A stretch of DNA of 64,000 nt from Stegostoma tigrinum (Eukaryota), in assembly GCF_030684315.1 (NCBI RefSeq), contig NC_081387.1, positions 10,870,822-10,934,821 on the forward strand. The letters run 5' to 3'. Positions 13,391-26,317 of the stretch are shown here, piece after piece (position 1 is the first letter of the stretch; each line of letters begins with the position of its first letter). The notes below the pieces were generated by a model. It was not told the DNA's origin. It saw only the letters and a list, made by a program, of their open reading frames with translations, and did not search any database. The position numbers and the translations under genes were made by a program.

Positions 13391-14479
13391 AATAAATTGC
13401 TACTTGTTGATTATCAAGTGAGTGGCAGAGAATTGTTTTCGTTGACCACTAGTAGTTGACAAAAGGCAGGTTACACCATTCGAGTATGACATCCACCCCT
13501 CTGACCTCGTTCCAATCTCTGTTCTGTCTTACTTCATTAAGTACATTTAGTGAGATCGGGTTTTAGCTTTGCAAGCTTTCAACCACTTAAGGAAAGATTA
13601 TAGTCACTCCGTTGATCCTTTCCAGCTAATATAACTGTTGCAGATGCCAATGACTAAGTTGGCTTAAATTGACCACCAGCCACATTTTAGCTGGCATAAA
13701 ATGGCCTGAAGGTTGTTGACAATTACGGTTGACAGATATTCACAGTAAGACTTTGGATCTCCATGTACGATCACCGGATAAGATAATGAAAGGTCTAAGT
13801 GAGAGAAAAGAGGAGAGTGCAGTCCGTGAGGCATCCTTAATAGGGGAGGCATAGATGAAAACCTTTAAGCAAACTAATATAAAAGTTCAACTTAACATAC
13901 AGTGGAAGGGAACAATTGACCCACTTACATGAAACATTTTCAGGCAGTTTTAAAATGCATAAAGAAGAGTACACAAATGTATGTTGAACGAAAATAAAGG
14001 CTTTAGTTTTGACATATCAGTATTCAGGGTGTTTAATTTGATTTCTCAACTCCAAGCACACCTGCATTGTCATAAAAAAAGAACTTTGAAGTGGCTAAAC
14101 AGGAGACAGTTATTAACAAGCAATCTGATATCTGTGGTTCAAAGAACGAAAGGAAAAGCATGACGGCACAATAATCTGGAAACTTTGGATAATTGTCATT
14201 ACATAGGAAATATATCCACTTGAGTTGTGCGAAATAAAATATGTGAACTTAAAAACTTCCATAAAGGAATTTTGCTGAGTTCTTATGAGCAGTCTATCAT
14301 GGACACTAGAAGGAGACCTACTGATTCGCGGGAAAGATAGAGCAACAGATGGTGTAAACAGACAACTTGTAAGAGAGCAAAGAGGTTGCAAGACATGGAG
14401 CATGAGCAAATATAACTTCACAGCTCCGCACACAGATGGCTGTGAAAGTGATTGGATTTCATCCTTATCAATCGGACTT

Positions 14480-15420
14480 GTGAAAGGGGACTCTTTTAGA
14501 ATAGCAGCCTGGCTAAAATTTGGCTGAACCTGGGACAAGAACAAAGCTGAAGTTCGAAAGCAGTTAGCCTCAAATTTGGGTATATAAGAGAAACAGTCAA
14601 GTGCCGTGGATTGGAAAAAATTGAATTGCACATTTGACAATTAGAGTTACGGGACAAAGAAAGGGAAAGTTGATTACGAGTAATGGAAAAAGAGAGGGAA
14701 AGAAGGACCCAAGCTGAAGAGAAAGAAAGGAAAGAAGAGAGAGGAAAAAAGGAGAGAATGTTTGAGTTGAAAATTATGAAGTTGGAACTTGAAGGAATAA
14801 GACTGAAAATGACAAAAGTAAAAGTACAAGATAGAGGTGATGTTGAGCAAAATCATCATAGCCAACAGCCTGTTAGGGTAACTGCGAAAAAGCCCAAACG
14901 TTATCAAAATGTGATGAAAAACACATCAAAGCTTTTTTCATTACTTACGAGGAATTAGCTGAACAGATAAACTGGCCAGAGACTATGATGCTGCTTGGCC
15001 TGCTGTGTTCATCCAGCCTCACATTTTGTTGTCTTGGATTCTCCAGCATCTGCAGTTCCCATTATCTCAGAGACTATGTGGGGAATGTTAACTCTGACAA
15101 AGTTGTTAGTCAGGGCTAGTGATGTGTTTGCAGCACTGTCAGAGGAGGTCTGAAGTGAATATGAAGAAATAATACAGACTATTTTGAGTGCTTGTGAATT
15201 GGTACCAGAAATATTTTGACCAAGGCTCAGAAATATAAGAAAAGAACAGTTCAGGCATTTATTGAATTGAAAAGAATTAACAGAACAACATGCATAGATG
15301 GATGAGAGCTTCAAAGATAGAAAGACAAATCAGGATATTAGAGGTATTACTCTGCTTGAGAAGTGTAAAAACTCCTTTCCAGAAAAGATAATAACTCATG
15401 TCGAGGAGCAAAAGTTAAAG
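14480..15420 (+). mobile_element. Gypsy-type gag relic (E/K/R-rich coiled coil plus SCAN-like capsid region)
   Basis: EKERERRTQAEEKERKEER..FELKIMKLELE, followed by disrupted AFF..YEELAEQINWP..W..L....LL.RASDVFAALSEE....YEEI...IL.A.ELVPE, and LLEECKNSFPEKIITQVEEQKVK in the unit-2 paralog. Confidence 0.7.
14977..15078 (+). mobile_element. Short 5'-truncated retroposon tail (Penelope-family 3' end, 80 bp) with 11-bp target-site duplication
   Basis: cagagactatg at 14977-14987 and 15068-15078 flanks atgctgcttggcctgctgtgttcatccagc...cccattatct. Unit 2 has a single cagagactatg (empty site, ~41958). Confidence 0.9.
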
Positions 15421-15424
15421 CTGT

Positions 15425-15930
15425 CTCAGGCTTGCTGCAGTGTCCCAGTGAAGTGCCACATAGGTTGAAAGAACAACACTTCAACTTCCACTTGGGGACC
15501 TTGCAGCCCTCTTGACTCAGTACTGAGTTGAACAATATTGGTGCCTAAACTCTCCCATATCCGAGCCCCCAAACCCATACACCAGGCCTTGTCTACCATT
15601 ACACACTACCTATTGTTAGCCACTAACAGTCTACAGGAACAACTATTCATCCTCCTAGCCAGATCATTATCCATTTCTTTGTCTGTCCAACTGTTGTTCA
15701 CTATCTTTGGGCTCTCTCCACACCAATCAATTCTCCTTTCCCACTCTCCCACCCTACCTGCCTCATATATACCGGCTTTTTCCTGGCTAACATCAGTCCG
15801 AAGGAAAGGTCACCAAACCCAAAATGTTAACTCTGGTTTCTCTTCACAGGTGCTGTCAGATCAGCTGAGATTTTCAGCAACTTCTGCTTTTATTTCTGCT
15901 TTACAGCATCCATGGTTGTTTCGGTTTTTA
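15425..15930 (+). mobile_element. Second Penelope-like 3' relic (paralog ~42315-42815)
   Basis: Reads GLLQCPSEV.HRLKEQHFNFHLG.LQP, then a UTR and the tail cacaggtgctgtcagatcagctgagattttcagc. Confidence 0.65.
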
Positions 15931-15934
15931 TTGA

Positions 15935-16420
15935 CATCTCAAATCCTGTCCGCTGTCTGCAAGGCTCACATCAGTAAAATGATGCAATATTCCCAATTTG
16001 TATGGATGAGTAGAGCTTCAAAAACACTCTGGAACCATCCAGGACAACGCAGCCCCCTTGATTAGCACCACTTCCACAAACAGTCAGTCCTTCTCCCACT
16101 AGTGCTCAATAGCATCAGTGCGTACGATCTGGAAGGTGCAAAGCAGAAATCTCTCAAGCACCTTGGATTGCACCTTCCAAACTAATGACCAGTACCATCT
16201 GTTGCGACAAGGTCAACACAAAAACGAGAACACCATCACCTACAAGTTCATGCTTCCTTCAGTTTCTTTGGGTCAAAGTCCTGAAACACCCTCCCTTCTG
16301 AAATTGTGCATCTAAGTACCGCAAATGTTCTGAAGAATTTCAAGAAAGCAGCTTGCCACCACCGCCTCAACTGCGGGTTCAGCACTAACTGCTGGCCGAG
16401 CCAATGACACTCATATCACA
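15935..16420 (+). mobile_element. Non-LTR retrotransposon 3' end relic (RT C-terminal region plus 3'UTR); related piece at ~19020-19365 and ~45308-45655
   Basis: Decayed KAHISKMMQYSQFVWMS.A..TL...IQDNAA.LI.T, resembling the YKA.VR..MEY...W segment at the end of LINE ORF2. Family not assignable by eye. Confidence 0.5.
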
Positions 16421-17308
16421 GAAGTTAAGATAAAATTATATCTCCTTTCCTGCAGCACAAACAGTATTTTCCTTTTATTTTGTTAATTCTGGCAAATTAT
16501 CCTGACTGTCGGACAAAATGCCCTTTGTTTCAGCAATATCCAATGAGAGATGATTAACGCTTTTTTTTGCAAAAGAATGTTCTTGATTGTACACTTCGAC
16601 ATTTGGCCATCACCACTGAATGAGTAGACCCCTTCAATGATGAGGCAGCAAATTTCTCAAACCATCAAGACAGGAACCCATGATTGTTGAACGGCATTTC
16701 GAGATCTCAGGACGTCTGACTGCTGAAGATGCATGCTATTTGCATTTACAGAAGACAAGCCTAAAGGTGTTTCTGCGCATTACATGCATCATTTGGTCCC
16801 TTTTATCAGATTCAACAAAACTGTAGTTGTGAAAAAGGGTGTGATGTCTCCAACTGTAATCTTAGTTAGGAATATTCCACTGAAAGCGATTCTGGGACCA
16901 ATGAACTTTCTTGAGAGAAACTTCTCAGCAAATAACCAACACGTACATTGTACAATCACCTCCAACTTTTTTTTCTGACAAGCAGCAAACAGGGAACAAT
17001 GCATACTGACCTGCAAACAAAATCATCCTTATTCACAAGTCCAGTATTCGTGGCACTTTGTAATCTGGCGCGAAAAAAGACAATTTTATTTTCAAACAAA
17101 CATATTCAACATGCTTATCAAGCAAATAAGCTTTAACTGACATATCATACTGCATTTCAATGAAGGTGGCCCCAATCCCAGGGGAGTATCTCTTGCAAAG
17201 TGATCACTTCCCAAAAGCTTTGATCGCATGTCATTGCCTAATCTTTCCAACATCAATCAAGCAACGTGAAGATATTAGATGGCCATCCATGCAAAATATC
17301 AGGTCATC

Positions 17309-17596
17309 TTTAGATTTAGATTCCCTGCAGTGTGGAAACAGGTCCCTTGGCCCAGCAAGTCCAACCCGACCTTGAAGTATTCCACCCAGACCCATCCCCC
17401 TACAACCCACACACCCCTGAACACTCTGGGCTATTTTGCATGGCCAATCCACCTAACCTGCCCATTTTTGGACAGTGGGAAGAAACCGGAGCACCTGGAG
17501 GGAACCCACGCAGACACGGGGAGAATATGCAAACTCCACACAGACAGCCGGCCGAGGCAGGAATCGAACCCGGGTCCCTGGCGCTGTGAGGCTGCA
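17309..17596 (-). mobile_element. tRNA-derived SINE, HE1/V-SINE type
   Basis: The minus strand has cctcacagcgccagggacccgGGTTCGATTCC (B box), the V-domain gtggagtttgcatattctccccgtgtctgcgtgggttccctccaggtgctccggtttc, and a CR1-like tail ggacctgtttccacactgcagggaatctaaatctaa. Confidence 0.9.
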
Positions 17597-19516
17597 CAAG
17601 ATCTTGTGAGCAGGATGAGACAAGGCTTCACGAGCTGAAAAGCAGACGCAATTGCGAAACAACATATCACAAAATAAAAGTCGGCAGAGATCATGCTGCA
17701 ATATAGTGGATGAAATATTTTCATCACTGATTCTAATTTCACCTTTCCAAAATCGGCTGTCACCAAGCCAAATGGAACGGATGGTTTCATCTGAAATCAA
17801 CAAATTTCTGAAGCTGCATTTTAATTATGACGGACCAAGAGGAAAATGCCCATCTAAAAGCATGGTGGATATTAACGTGTGACCTTATTGTCTGCTGCTG
17901 AACACAGTGATTGGCAATCAGTTACATACATTGCAAAAATAAAATGAATACGCAGGATGAAGTCACACAGGAGAGAAACCTCTGGTGTGGCAGTTGTGGT
18001 GTTACTCTCACTGAAACAGAATTTATGCACTTTAATCTCACACCAGAATTTTCCCTTTTTTGCCGAGCGTAGGTATATTTCCCACATGAATAACCAAGTC
18101 GGTTTACAGCCTGCTCAAATTCGCAAACGCCAGGCGGCAAGCAATGATTGCAGGAGAATACTCCTGGACAAGCCATGCTGCGTGCACCAGCGTGAAACTT
18201 CTGCAGTACTTTGTCAATGAGTGTGGAATAATCATCTGGGTATCGTGACTGGAACCTCAGAAACGAGAATGGGGGGAAATACAGGCAGACAATATCGCAC
18301 AGCAGTTTGTAAATGATGAAAGAAATTGCGGCGGGAGATCTGACAGTTTCATTCACTTCTCAGCGAAAGTAAATGACTATGTGGCAAGGAATCATGCTGG
18401 AAAGATACGTTTCGGGGAATGAGAAGCAGGTCTGGGAGTAAGGTATTTGTGGAACTCAGTGAGAGATTTCCGAAACTTAAGCAAGCACAGAGAAATTCAA
18501 TTATTTCAAAGGAAAGATTGGAAAACGTTCCTCAGTAACACATCAACTTATGTTTGGGACGCAATTAAAACTTTTGCCAAAAAGTAAATCATTTAGGAAA
18601 CAAAGCAAAATTCCACCGAATCAGATATGGCAGAACATGAGCGAGATGACTGGGGATGAACCCCAAACCAGTAGAATAAAATGTCTCGCAATGTATCTGT
18701 GTTCTATTTATTCACGAATGTCGCTTAAACTTTGCATTATTAACGTTGCCCTAAACCAGAATTGTAATCTGTTTCAGAGACTTGCAGAAATTCTTAATCC
18801 TTAAAAAAGCCGACATTGCTGAAAAGATGTCATGAACGTGGAGATATGTCATTCATTGATCATCGAATTAACAGGTGAAGGTGTAATAAATCACAGATCC
18901 AGATTCGAATGGAAGACCTTTCAGTAGATTGGATGTGAAGAGGTAAAATCTCTCTCGGAACTCAAAAACATCCATGACAAAAATGTTCAATTGATTGGCC
19001 CTCGATCTACGGTCTTAGACAAATCACTCGCTGCGCCACTGGTAACACAGTACCAGCAGTGTGCATCATCGAAAAGATGAACAGCAGCAACACATCAAGG
19101 CTGATTTTTCAAAATCCGGTCCGCCATTACCTCATAAATGCATGGGAACACATTGATCTCAAAAGTTTTCTCCAAGGCTGATCACCCCGATCGCAAAACC
19201 TATCATTGATCATTCACCGTTTCTGGGTCAAACCTTGGAATTCCTTCCTTGAAATCACCATTGACGTGGTACGTCCTTACAAATGCTGAGAATCAAGAAG
19301 ACAATGCGCCACCACCGTCTCTGCAGACACTAGAAATACTCAATAACTGCCCAGAGTGACGACACCTACACTATTTAAGCAAATATTTAGAGAGCAATTA
19401 AATTAAATCCGACTATCCCTCAGAAGGAGTACAGCAGAGTGCTTGGGCGCATTGATCTAAAATAAGACAAAAAGTCGTGAGAATACAGTTTGTGGAAATG
19501 ATCAACGCAGACTTAT

Positions 19517-19652
19517 CAGGAACAGCTATGACAGCGAGGACAGGATAGTAAATCTTTTCCAACTCAGTTATGAAATAATATTTCAGCCACTGGTCCATCT
19601 CTGAGGAATGCCAAGCAAAGTCCTCCCACTGACAATCAGAGACAGCTCGCAT
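19517..19652 (-). pseudogene. GPR139: GPR139-like exon 1, copy 1 (N-terminus/TM1 start) with mutated splice donor
   Basis: Encodes MDQWLKYYFITELEKIYYPVLAVIAVP, the typical N-terminal YYP..L...P segment of this family. The donor reads CCTG|ATAAGT instead of the CCTG|GTAAGT seen in copy 2. Confidence 0.8.
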
Positions 19653-20977
19653 TCAAAGGGATCCAGTACTAATAGTAAATGGAAATCCTCCAGGGACACA
19701 AATTTGTTCGTTTGAGTCTTACGTCAATTACTGAACAAACGAGCCTGGTTAATTGATATACTTGATTAGATTTGGTCACATTCGGTTTTGTCACAATACG
19801 TAGTCCTTAAAGAAATTGACAGCAGTCGCAGGTTGAGCTCTCACAAAACACCACAAATGTCGTCCTTTCATCAAGGTAACAATTGATTCCACTGTTGTTC
19901 GTGACAAGGCAAATCATGGATATTTTTTCCAGCTTGCTTGCAGGTGTCCCAGGAGATGAGGATCCGAAATAGTCCATAACACACTGACAATATATCTGCA
20001 TTGCTGTCTTCGGGAACTTAATTGTCATCATTCCCGTGAATATGGCTCAGCAGCAATTTGCCAGAATGGGCAGAGATTGAGATGGAAAGAAAATGAAGCA
20101 GGAAGAGAAGTGACAGAGGAATGTGGGAGACCGAATCAGTGATGTCACATGTGGACTATAACTTTCTTTGATGTAAGAGGGGTTCCCAAGCCAAAAGTAA
20201 AAAAAAAATGACCTGAAGTAGCCTGAGATGACAATAATGAGTCTCTTTTCGTCGTGTATAAATGCAGCATTTTTGCCAGAGCTCTGCTCTTATCTCAAGG
20301 AGAAATCTGGCCAGGTGTCCAAGGTATTTCGCTTCTGTAATAGCGGCAATCGAGATCCTTAAAACTAAAATAATGTTATTGCAAACATTGTCATTGGGGA
20401 ACTGGTGTTGTCATCAATGTCAGGAATGAACCGCAGACCACATCACTTCTAGAAAGGTCATCAAATATTAACAAATTACTTCGTATGAAATCTTGTTTGC
20501 GCAACTTGCCATGAGTTCTTAAACAATCCATCAGCCAAAAGAGTTGAGATAAACCTCAAAATTCGAATCCAAACATATCTTGTCAAAATGTATGATTCAA
20601 TATTGTTGTTTATTATTCCACACCAGATAGGCTCGGATTCCCCGCATTGCAATCAATAAATCCTTGAGCAAGAAAGTCAACAATTCCTCTTAAATCCAGT
20701 GTAATAAGAAATCACTCCACAATCCGACAGCTGTTTGCCCCCAGTTGAGCTATTCACTGGACAAGTTATATGCAAGGCTGAAAAGTGGGAGATCAGATTT
20801 TGATTTGCTTTGCTTTTAGTGGTAAGCATTACTTTAGTCACTTAGTAGGATGGCTGTTTCTGTTGGACGATGATGCCAACAGCATGGATACAAGTCCCAC
20901 ACGAGCAAGAGGTTTCCATGAATGAATTTCCTTCTCTTCTATCCCCTTGCCTCAGGCGTTACCATTCAATACCAGAG

Positions 20978-21217
20978 CAGCTCTGTAGTTCAAGATAACA
21001 AAGTGTGAAGCTGGATGAACACAGCAGGCCAAACAGCATGTGAGGAGCACAAAAGCTGGCGTTTCAGTCCGACACCCTTCATCAGCGCTCTGGGCCTGAA
21101 ACGTCAGCTTTTGTGCTCTTGAGATGCTGTTTGGCCTGCTGTGTTCATCCAGCTTCACACTTTGTTATCCTGGATTCTCCGTCATCTGCATTTCCCATTA
21201 GCTCAGCACTGTAGTTC
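20978..21217. mobile_element. Palindromic Penelope-derived mini-element (~80-bp inverted arms) with 14-bp target-site duplication
   Basis: gataacaaagtgtgaagctggatgaacacagcaggccaaacagcat... pairs with ...atgctgtttggcctgctgtgttcatccagcttcacactttgttatc. Flanked by cagctctgtagttc (20978-20991) and cagcactgtagttc (21204-21217). Confidence 0.85.
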
Positions 21218-22157
21218 CTTTGAAGTCGTGATCTCTCTCATCAGGAAGTGATGCAGATTTTGCATTACCAATGAAGCAAGTACATTAATTGTCACATTGC
21301 ACTGGGGGAGTACACTGGAAACCAAATGCCACTTTTCATGGAATCTTCATAAATGTTAAGCACTTTATAAAATATTCCAGAGTTCCCCACTTTACCTGGT
21401 GAGACAAGGTTGACTGAAAGTGCAAACCAAGTTTTTGTACTACACAAACATCATTATTCTCTGCAAGGTAGTAGACCTCAGTTACAAATAAACACTTATA
21501 AATGGTATAACACTGTCAATTTTAATTCGAATCCACCTTGCGACTCACCTTTTGCACACTGACACAAACGTTGACAGAACAGTAAGAAACCATCTGCCTT
21601 AGGGACAGGAGGGAATCTGGGAAAGTGCTTCAGCAGTTTCTACATGTAGGATCAATGGAGATAATCATTCTACTGTTCTGAATGCAATTTCGCAGCTTTC
21701 CTCTTCTGTAGGTTCTACCAAGTTACAAAAGCTACTGGGTAATCATCTCAATCATTAGCCAAAAGACGCAGCTTATAGCTCCTGCTGGCAAAGCATCCAA
21801 AAGATTTTTCGATGATTCATGTAACTTTTACTGCAGAGAACAGAGAGATTTGTAGATTTGATGCAGATCTGAAGCCATTTCACTACATTGGTCACAGATC
21901 CAAGCAGCTCAGCTACTTGAGAGCCATTCAATTTTCTGGGTCAGATGGTCTTTTTAATTGATAGCTGGTCAGTAGCCCACAAGGCACATCTCTTCTTGTG
22001 TGAAAATTGTTATAATTTCCCCAATTATAAGTATGCACTTAGAATTCTATCTCTCTGTAATTTCCTGACAAATCTGTTCTCCTGGAAACTTCCTCTTGGT
22101 GGTCCAGAGATGCACTGAGTAATACCAAAGGCTTTCTTTACCCTTCCTTACTTTTCT

Positions 22158-22468
22158 ATCATAGAATCCCTACAGTGTACAAAACAGGCCCTTCTGCCCA
22201 ACAAGTCAACACCGACCTCAGATTATCCCACCCAGACCCAACCCCTATCACCCACCTAATCTATGCATCCCTGAACACGATGGGCAATTTAGCACGGCTC
22301 GTCCTCCCAGCCTGCACATCTTTGGACTGTGGAGGGAAACCGGACAAAAACCCACAAAGACGATGGGAGAAAGTACAAACTCTGCACCGATAGGCACCCG
22401 AGGGTGGAATTGAACCCAGGTTCCTGGCGCTGTGAGGCAGCAGTGCTCACCAACGCGTCGCTGTGCCA
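22158..22468 (-). mobile_element. HE1/V-SINE type SINE (older copy)
   Basis: Head ggcacagcgacgcgttggtgagcactgctgcctcacagcgccaggaacctgggttcaattcc, V-domain, and tail gggcctgttttgtacactgtagggattctatga. Confidence 0.85.
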
Positions 22469-23377
22469 GCCCCCCATAACTGCGGGATGTGAATCTGCAC
22501 AGGGAAAACCCATAAATTTCTCGTCCATTGCTTTAAACACTCGGTCACAACTACAAGGTGTAAAAGAGGGATCTTTGCAGGAAACAAAGGATTTGCAGTG
22601 AGTCTTGTGATTTGCATGGAAAAGGGGAACACTTTATTCAAAAGCAGATCGAAGAATGTGGATATTTCTGAATGAAAACCAAAGTACGTAATCGCTCCAA
22701 ACGAGTCGTTTTTGGCTTGCAAGCCCGGGGACGGAAAAAGTCTCGAGTGAAAAGCAAAATGTCGATGTGCTCCTGCCTGGCAACATTGCTCTGTTTCATC
22801 AATACAATGACTCATTTTCATTTCCTCCCTTCATTCTCTTTGTTGAATCTCTTTTGGCAAGGAGGGCTTAAAGTATGCCTTTCATTGAGCAAAGTCTCAG
22901 TTACAGTTCTGGCATCATGTCTCCATGTCTCCATGTCTCCAGGTCGGCACCAGCAACTCACATATCCTGGTTGCAGCACTATGTGTTCAGACCTATTCAC
23001 TGTAACCATCCCCACTAGCTAACAGCAAGGTCAAAAATTACAGAGTATCGTCCAGCAGGATTATTTGAAAACATTAGCTTTCTCTGCTCTGCTCCTTTCT
23101 CAGCTGTTCCAAAACTAATGTTTTCAACTAAATCTGTTGGACAATAACCAGTATCGTGTGATTTTTGTCTTTGCCCACCTCCAGTCCAACGCTGGCATTT
23201 CCACAACATGGTGACTAACAGCAAGTAAACAGCAGGACAGCACAATTACCGCATTAAATTTTACTGGATGTTAAATTATTTCTTCTGCACAAACACGTAA
23301 GAAATAGAAGCAGGAGAAGGCCATCTGGGATGTCAAGCGTCCTCCTTCATTCATGGCTGATAATCCTTCTTCCTTCA

Positions 23378-23705
23378 GGGTATGAGGGTCGTCACGGGCC
23401 AGGCTGCATTCATTGCCCATCCCTCATTGCCCAGATGGCAGTTAAGCGTCAACCACATTGCCGTGGGTTTGGAGTCACATGTTGGCTGGACCAGGTTAGG
23501 AGGGCAGTTTCCATCCCTGAAGGACATTAGTTTTTCCTGGCATTCAACTCTGCATTCACAATCATCATGAGATTCTTAATTCCAGGTATTTATTGAAATC
23601 AAATTTCACCATCTGCCATGGTGCTATTCAAACCTACGTCCCCAGAACCTTCTCTGGGTCTCAGGATTAACAGCCCAGCAATAATGCCACTAGGCAATTG
23701 CCTCC
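23378..23705 (-). mobile_element. tRNA-derived SINE of a second family (possibly SacSINE1/Deu-SINE-like); paralog ~49658-49985
   Basis: Minus-strand tRNA-like head ggaggcaattgcctagtggcattattgctgggctgttaatcc...gtaggtttgaat, with 3' end gggcaatgagggatgggcaatgaatgcagcctggccc. Confidence 0.65.
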
Positions 23706-23884
23706 ATCGTTTCATGGACTGAGCTCCACTTACCTATCCGCTCACCATATTATTAATTCTTTATGGGTCAAAGATAAACTGTATATTGTTGCCTGAAAAG
23801 CTTTCTATAAGGTAGACTCCGTTTTTTTTTAAAAGAAATCCCTGGAAGAACTGTGGATGCTATAAATCAGAAACAAAAACATCC

Positions 23885-24560
23885 CAGGCCCTAAGATGGC
23901 TTTCCATATTCAGCAGATGTTCACCTGTACATCTGCCATTGCAGTATCCTATTTCCACTGGACCCGGCGTGTCTTCCGCGACATTGGGGAAACTAAGCGG
24001 AGGCTTGGGGACCGCTTGGCAGAGCACCTCCGCTCGGTTTGCAAGAAACAACTGCACCTCCCAATCGCGAACCATTTTAGCTCCCCCTCCCATTCCTCAG
24101 ACGACATGTCCATCATGGACCTCCTTCACTGCCACAATGATGCCACCCGGAGGTTGCAGGAACAGCAACTCATATTCCGCTTGGGAACCCTGCAGCCCAA
24201 AGGTATCAATGTGGACTTCAAAAGCTTCAAAATCTCCCACTCCCCCACTGCATCCCAAAACCAGCCCAGCTCGTCCCCTGCCCCCACTGCATTACAAAAC
24301 CAGGCCAACTCGTCCCCGCCTCCTTAACATGTTCTTCCTCTCACCTTTCCCCTCCTCCCACCTCAAGCCGCGCCTCCATTTCTGCCAACCTCATCCCGCC
24401 TCCTTGACCTGTCCGTCCTCCCTGGACTGACCTATCCCCTCCGCACCTCCCCACCTACACTCTCCTCTCCACCCATCTTCTCTTCTATCCATCTTCGGTC
24501 CGTCTCCCCCTCTCTCCGTATTAGAAAACCCTCTCCTCATCCCTGTCTCTGATGAAGGCT
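23885..24560 (+). mobile_element. Penelope-like element 3' fragment encoding GIY-YIG endonuclease remnant
   Basis: FHIQQMFTCTS..V.Y....R..IGETKRRLGDRLAEHLRSV...HLPIANHFSSPSHS..LQEQQLIFRLGTLQPKGINVDF is the GIY-YIG domain of Penelope elements. A C/T-rich UTR follows and ends at ctctgatgaagg. Confidence 0.9.
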
Positions 24561-26317
24561 TATGTTCTGCTGACTGTCGGGGCGCCCTCACTCGATGGCT
24601 GGTCGAGAGGCTTCGATTTGTTCTCAGCACAGTTCACGATTCCGAGTCGAAGCGAAGACCAGCAGCAACAGCTTTGAACGAAGCTCTCTCTCTTATGCAG
24701 TGTGACAAACAGCCAGCATAAATAAAGCAGATACAGCAAGACAGAACTGCTGCCTGGGACAGACCACACTTGAGGGGGGAAGAAAACGAAAGAACTGCGA
24801 ATGTTGCAGATCGTGAACAGAAACAAAAGTTGCTGGGAAAATGCAGCAGGTCCGGCAGCATCTGCAAAGAAAAAAAATCATTTTGAATTCACTTTTAGTG
24901 TCCGGTGAACCTTCCTCCAAACGGGGTGAGAAAACATGTGCGGATGTTGTCTTTGGCTGGTGCAGGAATATTTGCAGTTATCATTCAGGGTCATGCAGCT
25001 TTTTATGGATTATTCTGAACTTTCCCAGCATATTCCCCCCTCCTATCCAATCCATGTTCTCTTGCAGATGTTGAATATCATCATTCGCGTTTGGCGATTC
25101 GGCCCATCATATGTTCGACATTTGAAGAGGCCGGTGTTCTTAAGTCGAGCACATCAGCCGACAGAATGGTGCAAACATTAGTACTTCTCTCCTTAAGGTC
25201 GGAACGAATATGTTGTTGTGTAATAACTAAAACAACATCACATGAGGGGATTAAAAAATTCAGTGACGAGATGTAAAACTGCATTTCTCTTGGCCACAAT
25301 GGTTGCAGATTGAGTTAGTGCAACATCAATGAATTGGAATTTGTCCTTTTCCTTTTGAGGTTTTAGCGGCTTCAGCACCGGCAGTGGATTGAATGGTCAC
25401 ATTCTGCACCCGGTCAGTGTCAGCGGGGGCCGCTTCAGCGTGATTCCTCTTTGGGGTTGTGGCCTCAGAGACAGCTTTGGTGGCTGTGGAGAGAGATGCA
25501 TCCCGCAGCTTCTCAGGAAATCCAAAAGCAGTGTATGGGGCAAAAAAATGGAAATTTAGACTAAAGTTATATAATTTGTTTACTTTAATATTTTTTGTAA
25601 TTAAAATGATGATTTGCACATATTTTACAGTATTTTCATAAAGACATGTAACAATAATTTACTTTTATTATTATTACCTGACTGAAAACAGTAAGAAAAG
25701 CAGGGCAACATCAGTCATAGAAACAATAGCTGAACATTAAGGCTCAACAGAACACCAACAGCAGCAATGAGAGGATTGTAAATCTTTGCTGAATCGGCAG
25801 TGAAGTGATAAAACATCAACTGATCCATATTGGTGGAATGATTCAATCCATTTAAGAATAGAAAATTTTACTTCATCTTTATCACATTAAGTGACAATGC
25901 AAATGATACAAAATATATCGCTGATACAAGTAAAACCTTCTGCAGATCCAACTCAGTTCTGTGGGTTCTGATATTAATTATAGTCAGTGAATAAAATATG
26001 ACCATAAGGAATTGTTCACTTGAAAGGCCTGAAATATTCCCAAAATAAACATGCCCTGAAACCAAGGTAATCCTGTTTGATTGTATTCCACTCTGTGAGG
26101 TGATGATTTATTCCTTGTGGTTAACTCTGTTTTAGGAATCTCCTGGTTTGACTGACATGACAGTCGCCGGCCCTTCTGAAAAAACTGCGGAATGTAGGTC
26201 ACGTGTAAGGGTACTCAGAGCCGATGGATTAACTGCAGTTGGTGATGAAACAATGGGTCTGTAAGATTGTAGAAAGTCATTTAGTAGACGCCTTGTGTTT
26301 TCATGGAGAGGCTATGT

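Noticed and set aside
14683-14958. E/K/R-rich coiled-coil ORF as a host gene
   Set aside because: Part of a decayed gypsy gag with stops and frameshifts on both sides.
17540-17596. tRNA-like B box
   Set aside because: It is a SINE head, not a tRNA gene; no cloverleaf.
19700-19790. Possible promoter motifs upstream of exon 1 (TGACGTAA CRE-like, AT-rich box)
   Set aside because: Short motifs expected by chance, and the TATA-like word differs between units.
23896-24327. GIY-YIG ORF open in both units as a domesticated nuclease
   Set aside because: 5'-truncated, lacks the RT, and the YIG motif is degraded to DIG. The open frame is explained by recent duplication.
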